Assembly (NCBI GenBank): GCA_023515725.1
Contig: JALDTO010000191.1
Span: forward strand, 1-10,628
DNA: 10,628 nt
Origin: Amoeboaphelidium protococcarum X5
Taxonomy: Eukaryota > Fungi > Aphelidiomycota
Direction: 5' to 3'
This document shows, one piece after another, positions 1 to 9,413 of the stretch. The notes under the pieces were generated by a model that saw only the letters and a list, made by a program, of their open reading frames with translations, made no database searches and was not told where the DNA came from. A program made the position numbers and the translations under genes. How positions within the stretch are numbered: position 1 is the first letter of the stretch; every line of letters begins with the position of its first letter.

Positions 1-317
1 TGGCATTGAGTGGATGGTACCTCACCGGTGCTGATGGTATCCTGTAACAGTCGGACACTGAGGCGTACCTCTGGGCCAGGAAGAGTGCGGAGAAAGGATT
101 CGCCAAGGCTGAGTATGCCGTCGGCTATTACAGTGAAGTCGGAATTGGTGTACCTAGTAACACGGAAGAGGCTGTGAGATGGTACACAAAGTCTGCATCA
201 CAGGGCAATGTCCGCGCACAGGAGAGAGTGGCTGAGATAAAGAGGCATAACAGATTACAGGCCAGAATGAAGAATCAACAAGTACGTGCAGAGAATGCAG
301 ATTGTTCCATAATGTGA
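1..317 (+). CDS. CHS4: Sel1-repeat chitin synthase activator (Chs4/Skt5-like), 3' part; 5' end outside window
   Basis: Frame starting at nt 3 with TAA(45-47)=Q: ALSGWYLTGADGILQQSDTEAYLWARKSAEKGFAKAEYAVGYYSEVGIGVPSNTEEAVRWYTKSASQGNVRAQER...ENADCSIM-TGA(315-317). It has Sel1-like repeats, the LSGWYLTG...LQQSDTEAYLWARK motif typical of fungal Chs4/Skt5, and a C-terminal CaaX box (CSIM; yeast Chs4 ends CVIM). Missing from the supplied ORF track. Confidence 0.88.
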
Positions 318-517
318 TGATGATTGTTGCTACTCTTGTTGTTGATTTAATGCTGAATTATGAGAGTCTTATCCATTATTCGAAAGTGGAGGATCTGGAG
401 CGTTTTTGATTAAAAGTTCAGAGCACGCATGAAGTAAATATAGATCATTTTAATTAATTAAATACATCTTGAGACTATTGATTATATTTACAAATGACAT
501 ACAGAGAGTATAGCTAT

Positions 518-1027
518 TCATTTACCTTTAGTAGAACTTTAAGCCTTGGCCTTTTTCTTTTTACTAACACCATTCTCCAAATCTTGAACATTTTATAAAG
601 ATTTCTAGTACGTGGCAGATGATGTAGAGAATATGCGATCATTGTCCAGATTCTACTAGTATTATTATTGTTATTATTGTGATGACGACGAAGATAATTG
701 GGTGTGAGACTGAGAGTTCATATAACCCATGGATCCCATCATGATACCGCTCTATCTTGCCGTGCTACTCGACCCAGTGGCCAGGAATCCATCATATCCC
801 CGCGCCAAATCTCCATTACTACTAAGACCATTCTCCAAATACTTGCCTTCAAAAGCATAAATCTGCGATTCGATATACGCCATCTTTTTATCATTGTCTC
901 TCTTCCTCTGCTACTGTTCATACAGAATATCATCCAATTCCAATAGCTTTTACAGTGTCGGATTCCCTTTAGATTAATTAATCTTGATCAAAATTTAATC
1001 AGCCGCTAGTTGTTCACTTTACACCAT
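518..1027 (-). CDS. EAF6: NuA4 histone acetyltransferase subunit Eaf6/MEAF6, 169 aa, intronless
   Basis: ATG at 1027 to TGA at 518-520, open only with TAR=Gln (15 of 24 Gln codons are TAR). Family motifs IESQIYAFEGKYLE, GDLARGYDGFL and DRIFSTSSAT match Eaf6 (QIYAFEGSYLE..GNIIRGWD..ERLFS.SS.T). Lys-rich C-terminus. Confidence 0.88.
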
Positions 1028-1259
1028 TTATAATTAATATATTGTGTCTATTCTACTGCTAATGATAAAAATAATTTTATATTGGAAAATGTTAATGGGA
1101 ATGAACCTGTAAAGAAATACAAAAGAGACTCCTGTCAGTCAGTCAGTCAGTTGATCAATATTCCCTCTCTTCTTCTTTCATGCGAAAGTAACAGTAACAA
1201 AAATAGATATTATTATTAGTCCTCGTCAACTACCTTGATAATATATTATTTACTGCAAT
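1028..1259. promoter_or_regulatory. Putative bidirectional promoter region EAF6/DID2 (232 bp between ATGs)
   Basis: Head-to-head start codons around an AT-rich region with a pyrimidine tract and the GTCA repeat. Inferred from position only. Confidence 0.55.
1134..1151. repeat. (GTCA)4 tetranucleotide microsatellite in the EAF6/DID2 divergent intergenic region
   Basis: gtcagtcagtcagtcagt read directly from the sequence. Confidence 0.85.
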
Positions 1260-1925
1260 ATGAGTGGAATGGAAAGTAAGTTTTATAATCAAATTGTAGC
1301 GATTCATCAATTGTGGGATATGTGATGTGTAGAATCTTTGTTCAATCTCAAGTTCACTGCCAAGAGTCTGTAGAAGCAGAGTAAGAAGTGTCAGAAGGAG
1401 GAGGCTTAGGAGAAATTAAAGTTGAAGAAGGCCATTCAATAGGGCAATGTGGAAGGTGCCAAGATTTATGCTCAGAATGCCATTAGAAAGAAGAATGAGG
1501 CTCTGAATCTACTACGATTGTCCAGTAAGATTGATGCAGTCGCCTCCCGCGTGCAGACGGCTGTGACTATGCGCAAGGTGACCACCTCAATGGCCGGAGT
1601 GGTTAAAGGCATGGACTCTGCAATGTCTTCAATGAATTTGGAAAAGATATCGGCGGTGATGGATAAGTTCGAGTAGTAGTTTGAGGATATGGATGTTCAG
1701 TCATCATATATGGAGAATGCGATGGGTAATACAACCACAGTGACTACCCCGCAGGATTAGGTGGAGAGTCTGATGCAGGCGGTTGCAGATGAACATGGCT
1801 TGGAATTGAATATGGAGTTGGGCGTTGTTCCCTCATCATCTAGCGCTATACAGACGGCCAACAGTTCAGCTAATACTGAGCATGATGAGTTGAATGAGCG
1901 ACTTGCCAAGTTACGCGATGCTTGA
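1260..1925 (+). CDS. DID2: ESCRT-III-associated Did2/Vps46/CHMP1; exons 1260-1275 and 1333-1925
   Basis: Spliced product [85 protein letters not shown]...MDKFEQQFEDMDVQ...[16 protein letters not shown](1923-1925). Clear CHMP1 sequence with a C-terminal MIM1-like motif. In-frame TAG at 1371, 1407, 1440, 1674, 1677 and 1758. Confidence 0.96.
1276..1332 (+). other. Spliceosomal intron (57 nt) in DID2
   Basis: GTAAGT...TGTGTAG. Removal gives the conserved CHMP1 N-terminus MEKSLFNLKF. Confidence 0.9.
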
Positions 1926-2085
1926 ATTGTTTATTATAAAAATTTAGAAGGAGGATTGACTGGCTTAAACTGGTGACTTACTACTATTGATAATTGTAGA
2001 AATATATGCATTTGTTCATATTATTCACATCGATAATCGTATTACTTGAACCAAATACAATCAGGTAATAATCTTAAGTTTATTG

Positions 2086-4947
2086 TCACAACAAAGTACC
2101 ATCTTCTGCACCATCGATTTTAGATGTCAACTGAATCAACTTGATCCACTGCTCCAAGATGGATTAATCAGAGTGAGTGAGATAGAATATTCTGTCACCA
2201 TCACATAGTCTGAGATGACACGCAGTTTTATCGTTGATATCCATCACTAAGAATGGAGCGACAGTAGAGCCAGACAGACCAACACAGTCCATAGACTATT
2301 TGCCTTACAATCGGACCAATTCAGCTGTGGTCGCGGCAGACCTCTTCATTTAATCCTTATCGTCAGATCCATTATTATCACTAAAGATTAATGAATTTGA
2401 CTGGTGCAGCTAATGGTTATTAACCGGAAGGTGGGAAAAGATATTGAGCCACGACTGAGACTGCTTGACAGTGGTTGGAGATGCCGCAGAGGCAATAGAC
2501 GGTAAAAAGGTTAGCACACGTACCACTTCCAAATGACCAGTACCTTGATCTTCTGGATACAGAGATGGATCTTGGTCGCAATCAGCACCAGAGTCAGATC
2601 CATCAAACTTGCACATGAGCATAATATCACTGAACATTATCAGGAGATAGTACTTGTTTACGGGAGTACATTTGATACTTTACTGAAGCGATTTACCGGC
2701 CCCATTGGATCTCAGATAAACTTCATATCTACAATAGAACACCTGGCCAGCGTTGAGAAGTTTTCTAAACGGCTACACCAGCGGTGATGAGAGTGACCCT
2801 TTTATTCTGTTCTATATAGCCAGTATCTTTTCGTTATTATCAGCCTCTCGCTTCTTCTCATTGATCTCAATGGCGCGTTATCTAATCTCGGCAAGAGCTT
2901 TATGCAAATCTTTATAGTCCGGATGAGATGAAGTAGTGTTTTTCAACAGATCTTCCAATAGAAGTTTATACCGCGGGACTCTCTACACAGGCATAATGAG
3001 ATAGAAGGACAGATTGGGTTGGGTGTGACGAGGATCTTTCATTGCCGCCGTACAAATCTCTTTAAAGTATAACCTCTTCTTCTTACTGACACCTTGACTG
3101 TGCTTAACTGATTGTAAGCGAGTTAATTCATTACAGGCAAGATCATAATTATTCACGTAGACAGAATACATTTTCAAGAGAGCTGAATGCTGGAGGAATA
3201 CTTGACCTACATTTGGAACAGGGGATGAAGTGAGATCAGCGAGTAGAACATCTCTATGCATTTACAACAGGGATTCCCAATTACTGAACAAAACTTTCAA
3301 GTCTTCTCTACTCAGCGCATCTAATTGCTACTACTGTTACAACTGACTCTGCATGGGTTAAATGTAGAGATCATAGACAACCTGTAAAAATTCAACATAC
3401 TTTTACTCACTCTCCACTATTTCTTTGACGATATTGACACGCTACTTTCCCATTTTCTATCTCTTTATAGTATCATAATAAGTCGGAGGAGGTAGCATGA
3501 TGCTTTTGTAGTTCATCTTACCAGACTTGTTTTACATCACTGGCACAGTTTCTGCTAGAGACGCTTCATCATCCACTTGATAGTCTTACTGCAAGTATTC
3601 AGATCTGAGAGTCTGTACATCCTTAAAGTTTTATACCATCCATTAGACTCGATTGATATAAATAGTCTACGGCGAGGACTACTGACCATCAGGGGATAAC
3701 AATTACGACTAGCCAGCATCAGACTGAGGAGATCCGTGCTCATTACCACTTCCAATGAAACTACTAGACAACATAGATAATGGTCTAGCTTCAGGAACAA
3801 ATAACGATTAGTGTCTGGCATTCACCACAGGAATTGTAGACTATCTTTTAGAGGATACAGGCAGTCTAATAGTGGATTCTATAGCACTTCTTCGCTTAAT
3901 CTTTAATGGCCTCGCCAGATTAAATACATTCATCTGCTATCCAAAATCAGGTAACAACTGCAGAGACGATTAAGCTTTGGTGGGAGATGTAGGTTGAGAT
4001 TGAGACGAACTGAGATAATTTACAGAAGCTCTCGATGATAAGAGTTGAGGCTAATAATCCAAAATGGATAGAATCCCACTCAGTTGAGAGTCCCAGCGGT
4101 TCTTGGCACAGAAGAACCATAAAAGCCTATTAAATCGACCCAGACATGGAGGTAGAGTTTTCAACTTGTTATGAGATATATCCAAGAATACCAAATTAGA
4201 TAGATTAGATAATGCCTGAGGTAGCTCGAACAATAGATTATTACTAACATCTAAAAGATCCAGATCAGATAGACTTCCAATACCAACAGGCAAGGTATTC
4301 AACTTATTATGCGACAAGTGAAGCCGCCTCAGGTTGCGTAATAATCCAACACCATCAGGTAAGACGGCGACGTGGTTATGTGATAAATCCAATACCGTCA
4401 GAGAAGATGATAATTGATGATAGAAATTACGATCCCGTGGCAGAGCAGATATATTACAAAACTTGGCCTCAAGTTAACGCACTTCAACAGCAGCAGACAG
4501 ATCTATGCCGTGAAGACATTCAGGGCCTGCATCTTTAAAGCTCAACAATCCATCAGAATCAGCAATATTGTCAGCACTACCACCCCGTTGTTAAGACGCT
4601 ATTGAACTGCTTGAGCTTTACAAACTATCTTGAGATTACAGTGGACTTTTCGTATCTATTTTAGATCTAGACATTTAATCATTTGAAGCAGCTACTAGCT
4701 CTTCTTTGGCAGCATTGACACCTTCAACTGATGGTGCTTATGGTAATTTTTTAGAAGGAGGTCCATTTTTCAAAGTAGATCTTTTGTCAGCGAACTAATC
4801 TATTTTAGTTGCATTACCACTACTGTTTAGGGTCTATTTCAACACCAAACTACGCGAGATTATACCAACAGTGTGAGTGAGAAGATAAACCAATACCAAG
4901 ACGGAAACAGACTTGATCAAGAACCACAAATTCTCCAACCTGTCCAT
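2086..4947 (-). CDS. 953-aa LRR + DH (RhoGEF) + split PH protein with hydrophobic N-terminal segment, intronless
   Basis: One frame from ATG 4947 to TGA 2086-2088 with no TGA, joining supplied ORFs 4051-4392, 2983-3261 and 2410-2637. LRRs (LxxLdLSxNxLxxLP) lie at ~4100-4480. The DH domain at ~2860-3444 has RVNIVKEIVESEQKYVEFL and FYLIMPVQRVPRYKLLLEDLLKNT..HPDY. PH-like elements are RKLLNAG, YLLIMFSDIMLMCK and IFYLTHSDQSILEQWIKLI. Confidence 0.88.
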
Positions 4948-5258
4948 AATAAATACACCTACTTATATAGTTGACAGTCCCTAAAGTGAATATTAAAACG
5001 TGATGCGTCACGACAAGGAGAAGGAAGAAGAATTCAAATCGCCCCCTCCGCGTTCCTTGTTCCTTTGTTGGAGTTGATCATTCTACTTACGCTTTTCTTT
5101 TCCTATTCTCCCTTTATTGCGAGTGAGTGAGTGAGTGAGTTAAAAAAACGACTCTCCTGAGCAATTTGAAACACAGAAAGTTGTCCACGGCATTTGTAAT
5201 TTCAATCACAATCAATCTGTAGTTTAGTCGCTTGTCAACAATTGAGGATTGAGATAAA
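4948..5258. promoter_or_regulatory. Putative bidirectional promoter region RhoGEF/NDUFAF8 (311 bp)
   Basis: Head-to-head start codons. Contains the near-palindrome CGTGAtgcgTCACG (4999-5012), purine and pyrimidine tracts and (GAGT)5. Confidence 0.55.
5121..5140. repeat. (GAGT)5 microsatellite in the RhoGEF/NDUFAF8 divergent intergenic region
   Basis: gagtgagtgagtgagtgagt followed by an A-tract. Confidence 0.9.
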
Positions 5259-5492
5259 ATGAAGACTGCAATTGAACGAATTGGAAAAGCTTTAGGATCT
5301 TGCTCAATGGAGGTAATTTGAATTTATCTTGATAATTGAAGACACAATATACGCGATGCAATGTTGAGTGTGTAGGCGATGACGTATGGAAAGTGTGTGG
5401 TGGCCAAGCTGGACTGCGTTGAGAAGGACGCGTGTGCAAAAGAGTTTCGCGCGTTCTAACAGTGCTGTACGAAGCATTTAAGGAAGCGGTGA
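5259..5492 (+). CDS. NDUFAF8: Twin CX9C mitochondrial protein, NDUFAF8-like complex I assembly factor, 56 aa; exons 5259-5312 and 5376-5492
   Basis: Spliced product MKTAIERIGKALGSCSMEAMTYGKCVVAKLDCVEKDACAKEFRAFQQCCTKHLRKR-TGA. Two CX9C motifs with the C..EA..YG.CV and KD.CAKEF..F..C pattern of NDUFAF8. TAA at 5457-5459 must be a sense codon to complete the second CX9C. Missing from the ORF track. Confidence 0.8.
5313..5375 (+). other. Spliceosomal intron (63 nt) in the NDUFAF8-like gene
   Basis: GTAATT...TGTGTAG. It contains an in-frame TGA, and removal restores exact CX9C spacing. Confidence 0.88.
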
Positions 5493-5639
5493 CATTATAC
5501 AAAATTGATTAAATGAGATATGATGAATATTGAACAATCTACGTATTTAAAGTGGCATTACACATTATTACTTTTCACTTACTTTTACAAATTATACACT
5601 GAATGTGATGATCGATAATAACCTTTTATAGCTAGCTGT

Positions 5640-7205
5640 TCATGCCTGATGGTAAGAGCCTTCGTCTGCAGACTTGAGTCGTTCCAGAAATGATTGAGGT
5701 CTCTGCGTTTTCTGCTAGTGAGATTACTACTCTTTAGCTTATTACAATCGAGCGCGCATTAATTCATCAAAATCCTTCTTTGATTTAATTCTAAGAGTTG
5801 AGCTAGGAGACACTTGTGTGGAAGATGATTGACTATGTTACGATTATTATTATTATTATCCATGATGACCGCCATCCAAAATCCCTCGTGTCGGAGTCTA
5901 TGATGAGATACCATTAGATGACTAAAAGTGGGAGAGGGATTTAACATATTCACTAGCGGCCTTGAATGAGATTAACGAGTACTATTGCTCCGGATCTAGA
6001 TCATTCAGTGCTTCATAATCGCCACTATTATTTACAGAGATTAAACGCGTCTCTTGAACGTATTTCAAAAGTGCGTCTATACAAACACCAGCACGGTAAA
6101 TGCAAAAGGACAGTATTGGTAGAACATCATCAGCAGCTACTATGGCTTCATTATCAGTGGACACTACTTGCGCGATCATATGTACAATTGACTACATGAC
6201 ATGCTTAATATGATGTGGGCCACAACTCTCTAACAATTTACTACTATTATTTCCAACTTATAGCTGTTTAAACAAGTCCATTACAGATAAAAGATCAGAT
6301 AATTCAATAGATGACGCGAAACCAAATTTGGTGCATATCAACTCTTCGTCTTGAATCAATTAAAATTCAGCATTTAAATTACTCAAAATGTCTGTCCAAT
6401 TATTATGCATTTATGCAATGACAGGCTCTTGACAATAGAGCAAAAACAAGTGAGCATGAAGCTGGCAATCTATAACGACACGCTCAAACACCACAAGTTA
6501 ATAAAGCATTTCACTGTCCAAGTTATTACTAAATGACTTGGCATCAGAATCAGATGTCGTTGTCATACTTATAAACTCATTCTAGTATTTAAGCAATAAT
6601 TTACGGAGATTAGCTATGTGATCAGCATAGTATCCAGGAACATGAAAGTAGGCAGCACAATGTTGAGTCAATTCTAATCGCATCCTCTCAATTAATGTCT
6701 GAATTGGAGGACAATCAAGTACCAGAAATTGTATCATCTAGTCATAGTCTTGGATATCATTAATCTATTTGATACATTTACGCGTCTATTATTTGCCATC
6801 TATGACTGTAGAGTCGGAATCCATCAGGAGACTTATTGAACCATGAATGTACAAAATTTTGAATCCAATCATCTATTGTGAGTAGTATAGTTGTTCATCC
6901 AGAATTTTGTATCGCTTATTACCATCATATATAACGTGCCCATCGCTGATAGAGACTTGATGCTACTGATTAAGGGAAGCGTACTGTCCTTTGATGAAAG
7001 AAGATGGCACCAGGATATAATCTTACAACCACTCGACGCGCTGATAATTTTTACTTCCACTCCGACTTTAACGGCGATCATTTCCAATAATCGATTGCAT
7101 ACCAGCCGGCCTGTCAGATGGCACAATAAATAAAGTACTCTTACTAGGCTAATGTACCTACTCCAACATCAAAATGAAATCATCCATCCACTACTAATCA
7201 CTCAT
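5640..7205 (-). CDS. VPS9-domain Rab5-family GEF, VARP/ANKRD27 (Vrl1)-like, 521 aa, no ankyrin repeats seen
   Basis: ATG 7205 (preceded by an A-run) to TGA 5640-5642, with no internal TGA. VPS9 motifs AADDVLPILSFCIYRA and YSLISFKAASEYV. The N-terminal region (FIVP..DYILVP..YASLN..KILDEQLYYS..FKILYI) resembles, from memory, the ANKRD27 N-terminal domain (VLVP..SYILIP..FQTLN..ILFEETFYN..FSILCI). Confidence 0.8.
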
Positions 7206-7378
7206 TTTTTTCTAAATTAATCAAAATTTACCCATATTATACGGGAAAAGAAAGTCTATTCTCTTGCTCCCCTTTCATTATTGACGCGCGTTGCGTTCAA
7301 TGTTCTTTTCTCTCTCTCTCTAAACTATAAATTACGTTAAATCAGATTATATTGGTATATTTTATCAGTTTACATATC
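7206..7378. promoter_or_regulatory. Putative bidirectional promoter region VPS9-GEF/IMA1 (173 bp)
   Basis: Head-to-head start codons. Contains a CG-rich TTGACGCGCGTTGCG element (7281-7295) and (TC)6. Confidence 0.55.
7309..7320. repeat. (TC)6 tract in the VPS9-GEF/IMA1 divergent intergenic region
   Basis: tctctctctctc read directly from the sequence. Confidence 0.8.
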
Positions 7379-9311
7379 ATGCAGATTGATCTTAGTCCTC
7401 TGGAAATTAAGTTTATCATACTTATAACAGCTTGTAAGGTTCAAAATATCATTTGGTTATTTATGCGATCGTATTATGGTTTGTATTTTTGTAGTTGCTC
7501 TTTGCTATGGGTGTGTTCGATATTTAGTCATTAGGTGGAGAAGGATTCATCCGTATTGTCATTATTGCTCATAAAGAGTATATGTGCCGAGTCTCAATGA
7601 TGTATAATAATCTCACGGCGCTGGTTATCATTAATTTAAATGTACCTAGTGTGGTTCATTGAACAAATATGATCGCCACGGCAATGTCATGGATGTGGAA
7701 GTGGATCACTCGTAAGAGTATAGTAGACCATAAAGTCCAAGCAGGCGGCGATAAAGTAATTTATCAGGTACTTTATATTCACCATCTAGTATATTTAACA
7801 AGTAATAAAGCGGTACTGGAGCATATAATAAAAGTCTTTAGCTTTGTGAGTCTTGTCAAGATAATTAGAGGCGGAAGGTGGACTTGCTGCGTAGATATGA
7901 CTGTCCCCAGGTGGGAAGTGAGGAGAAGTTTGCCGTCCAGGCTAGTCGGTATGAAGCGCACATTGAATCAATGTTTCCTCTGTGTGCTCAATGTGAATTG
8001 GTGGTTGAAAAAGTACTCAACAATTCTAAGCGCTTCGTTATGGCTGATGCGATGAATAGGATGCTCACTCGAAGTTCTAATTTGTTCTCTCTTTAGAAAT
8101 AGTCTCTAGATGATAAGCACAATTACATTGATGGATAGAGATCTTGGTCGTATTCTACGATTGATAGTATTGGAATAGCGTGCAAAGTTATTATACTTTT
8201 TATTGTGATCTCTGGTCGACTTGGCATGAATGATATTATAATTATCCCATAATCGCTAAAGTTAAATGTCATTGAATCTTGGTTCTTTAGAATGGTGTTG
8301 ATTGCTTCATAAATACTTACTCTCCGACTTCCGTTGGTCATGCGTCGTCGCTCAAATGGTTAAAAGATTCTATACATCACTTGCAAGGTTATTTAGTTTG
8401 GGATATATTCTAGTTTGCTCTTATATTATCATCAGTTAAGTGTATATACTGCTTGCTTTAGCATCCTCACTGTGATATTAGTTTATATATATGTACGTAG
8501 CATGATGGATTCGCCTAGCTCGTAGTCTTTGGTTTTAAAGTCTATTGGTAAGAATTTGAAGCATGAATCAACGATTATCAATAACTCTATAGAAACTGAG
8601 GAGTAGTAGATTGCTAATGATCGAGATGCTTAGAATTTACTTGGATCTCTATCCTTCCAAAAAGACAGTCTAGATGATGATGTAGATGTGGATACTCATA
8701 CGATTTAAAATCATCTAAAGACTAAGAATGCCTCTGTAAATGCAGTAGATGGAAGTATCCCTTATCATCCTTTTCATATCGATGGTCGACGAAGGTTTGC
8801 ATAGTAGTCCCCGTCCAGTTTATCACAGATGGCGTCACCAGGCTCTCAGACCGTAAATTCAGTACCCAAATCTTATAATACTGGTATTTCAGGACTGACA
8901 TTCAATATAAGTGCGCGACAGGCTAGCGAGACTCACCAACGTGGATTTGGATTCAAATCACAGTCTGAAAGCTCTGCGTTTCCATAACGTTCAGGATCTA
9001 TGTCTAATAGATTAAAAGGACTTGATATTCCATTGAGGGACGCTCGTTAGTCAGAGTTAAATCTGCGAGATCCAAAATTTAATATACGGAATATTAAAGG
9101 TGGTGATGATTTGGTTGATTCTACAGGACTTGAGAATATGCTGTCCAGTGTAAAGATTAATAATGGGCACGATTTGAATACAGCGGCAACTGACAGCGGA
9201 GGCGCGGTTATCTTTGCGTCCATAGTTAAAGCTATTATATTTGGCTCTGTGATAGCGATTGGATACTACACGTTATCCAATTCTATCGTTTAGTAAGAAG
9301 ATATTCTGTGA
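7379..9311 (+). CDS. IMA1: Ima1/TMEM201 (Samp1/NET5) inner nuclear membrane protein, ~623 aa; probable exons 7379-7433 and 7495-9311
   Basis: N-terminal hydrophobic segment, then four CxxC pairs (CHYC, CTQC, LCESCQDNQ, IESMFPLCAQC) as in the Ima1 N-terminal domain. Central hydrophobic segments at ~8170-8495, an LRDPKF...DSTGLENML motif and a C-terminal TM segment follow. The frame is TGA-free until 9309-9311. An unspliced alternative start exists at ATG 7476. Confidence 0.82.
7434..7494 (+). other. Probable spliceosomal intron (61 nt) in IMA1
   Basis: GTAAGG...TTTTTGTAG. Removal joins ATG 7379 (MQIDLSPLEIKFIILITA) in frame to FALCYGCVRYLVIRWRR, and the length matches the other two introns. 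Confidence 0.68.
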
Positions 9312-9413
9312 TGAAATACAATCATTAATCTCGTATTATGTAATCACCTATTTGTGCATCAAAGTTCTCGATTAGTTTAGCTGTGCAGCGTTATTTGACT
9401 TGGTTGCAAAGCA

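Noticed and set aside
698-946. Supplied ORFs 698-946(+) and 739-933(-)
   Set aside because: Antisense and off-frame shadows of the EAF6 gene (518-1027, minus).
1371-1760. Pyrrolysine, amber suppression or programmed readthrough at TAG
   Set aside because: TAA behaves the same way in other genes, TAR codons are numerous and consecutive, and they occupy Gln positions. This is full reassignment, not context-dependent recoding.
2533-4605. Supplied ORFs 2533-2787(+), 3555-3821(-) and 4414-4605(+), and treating the LRR, DH and PH ORFs as separate genes
   Set aside because: The first three are shadows of the RhoGEF. The LRR, DH and PH fragments share one frame and form one 953-aa ORF under TAR=Gln.
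5013-5068. Imperfect inverted repeat (acaaggagaaggaa / ttccttgttcctttgt) as a structured RNA
   Set aside because: Low-complexity purine and pyrimidine tracts facing opposite directions are expected in a bidirectional promoter, and the pairing is imperfect.
5224-5502. Supplied ORF 5224-5502(-)
   Set aside because: Antisense to the spliced NDUFAF8-like gene, with no recognisable protein features.
5759-7133. Supplied ORFs 5759-5953(-, poly-Asn), 5966-6199(+), 6869-7126(-) and 6891-7133(+)
   Set aside because: Shadows of the VPS9 gene. The poly-Asn is the (TAA)5 poly-Gln read in the wrong frame.
7352-8341. Supplied ORFs 7352-7534(+), 7669-8055(+), 7779-7961(-) and 8123-8341(-)
   Set aside because: Off-frame or antisense to IMA1. 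Only 7379-7433 of the first is likely real, as exon 1.
1-9311. Cluster of pseudogenes, or RIP/deamination-damaged genes, explaining the in-frame stops
   Set aside because: No frameshifts and no premature TGA in well over 2,000 codons read by hand. C-to-T damage would also create TGA from CGA or TGG. Conserved motifs and termini are intact.
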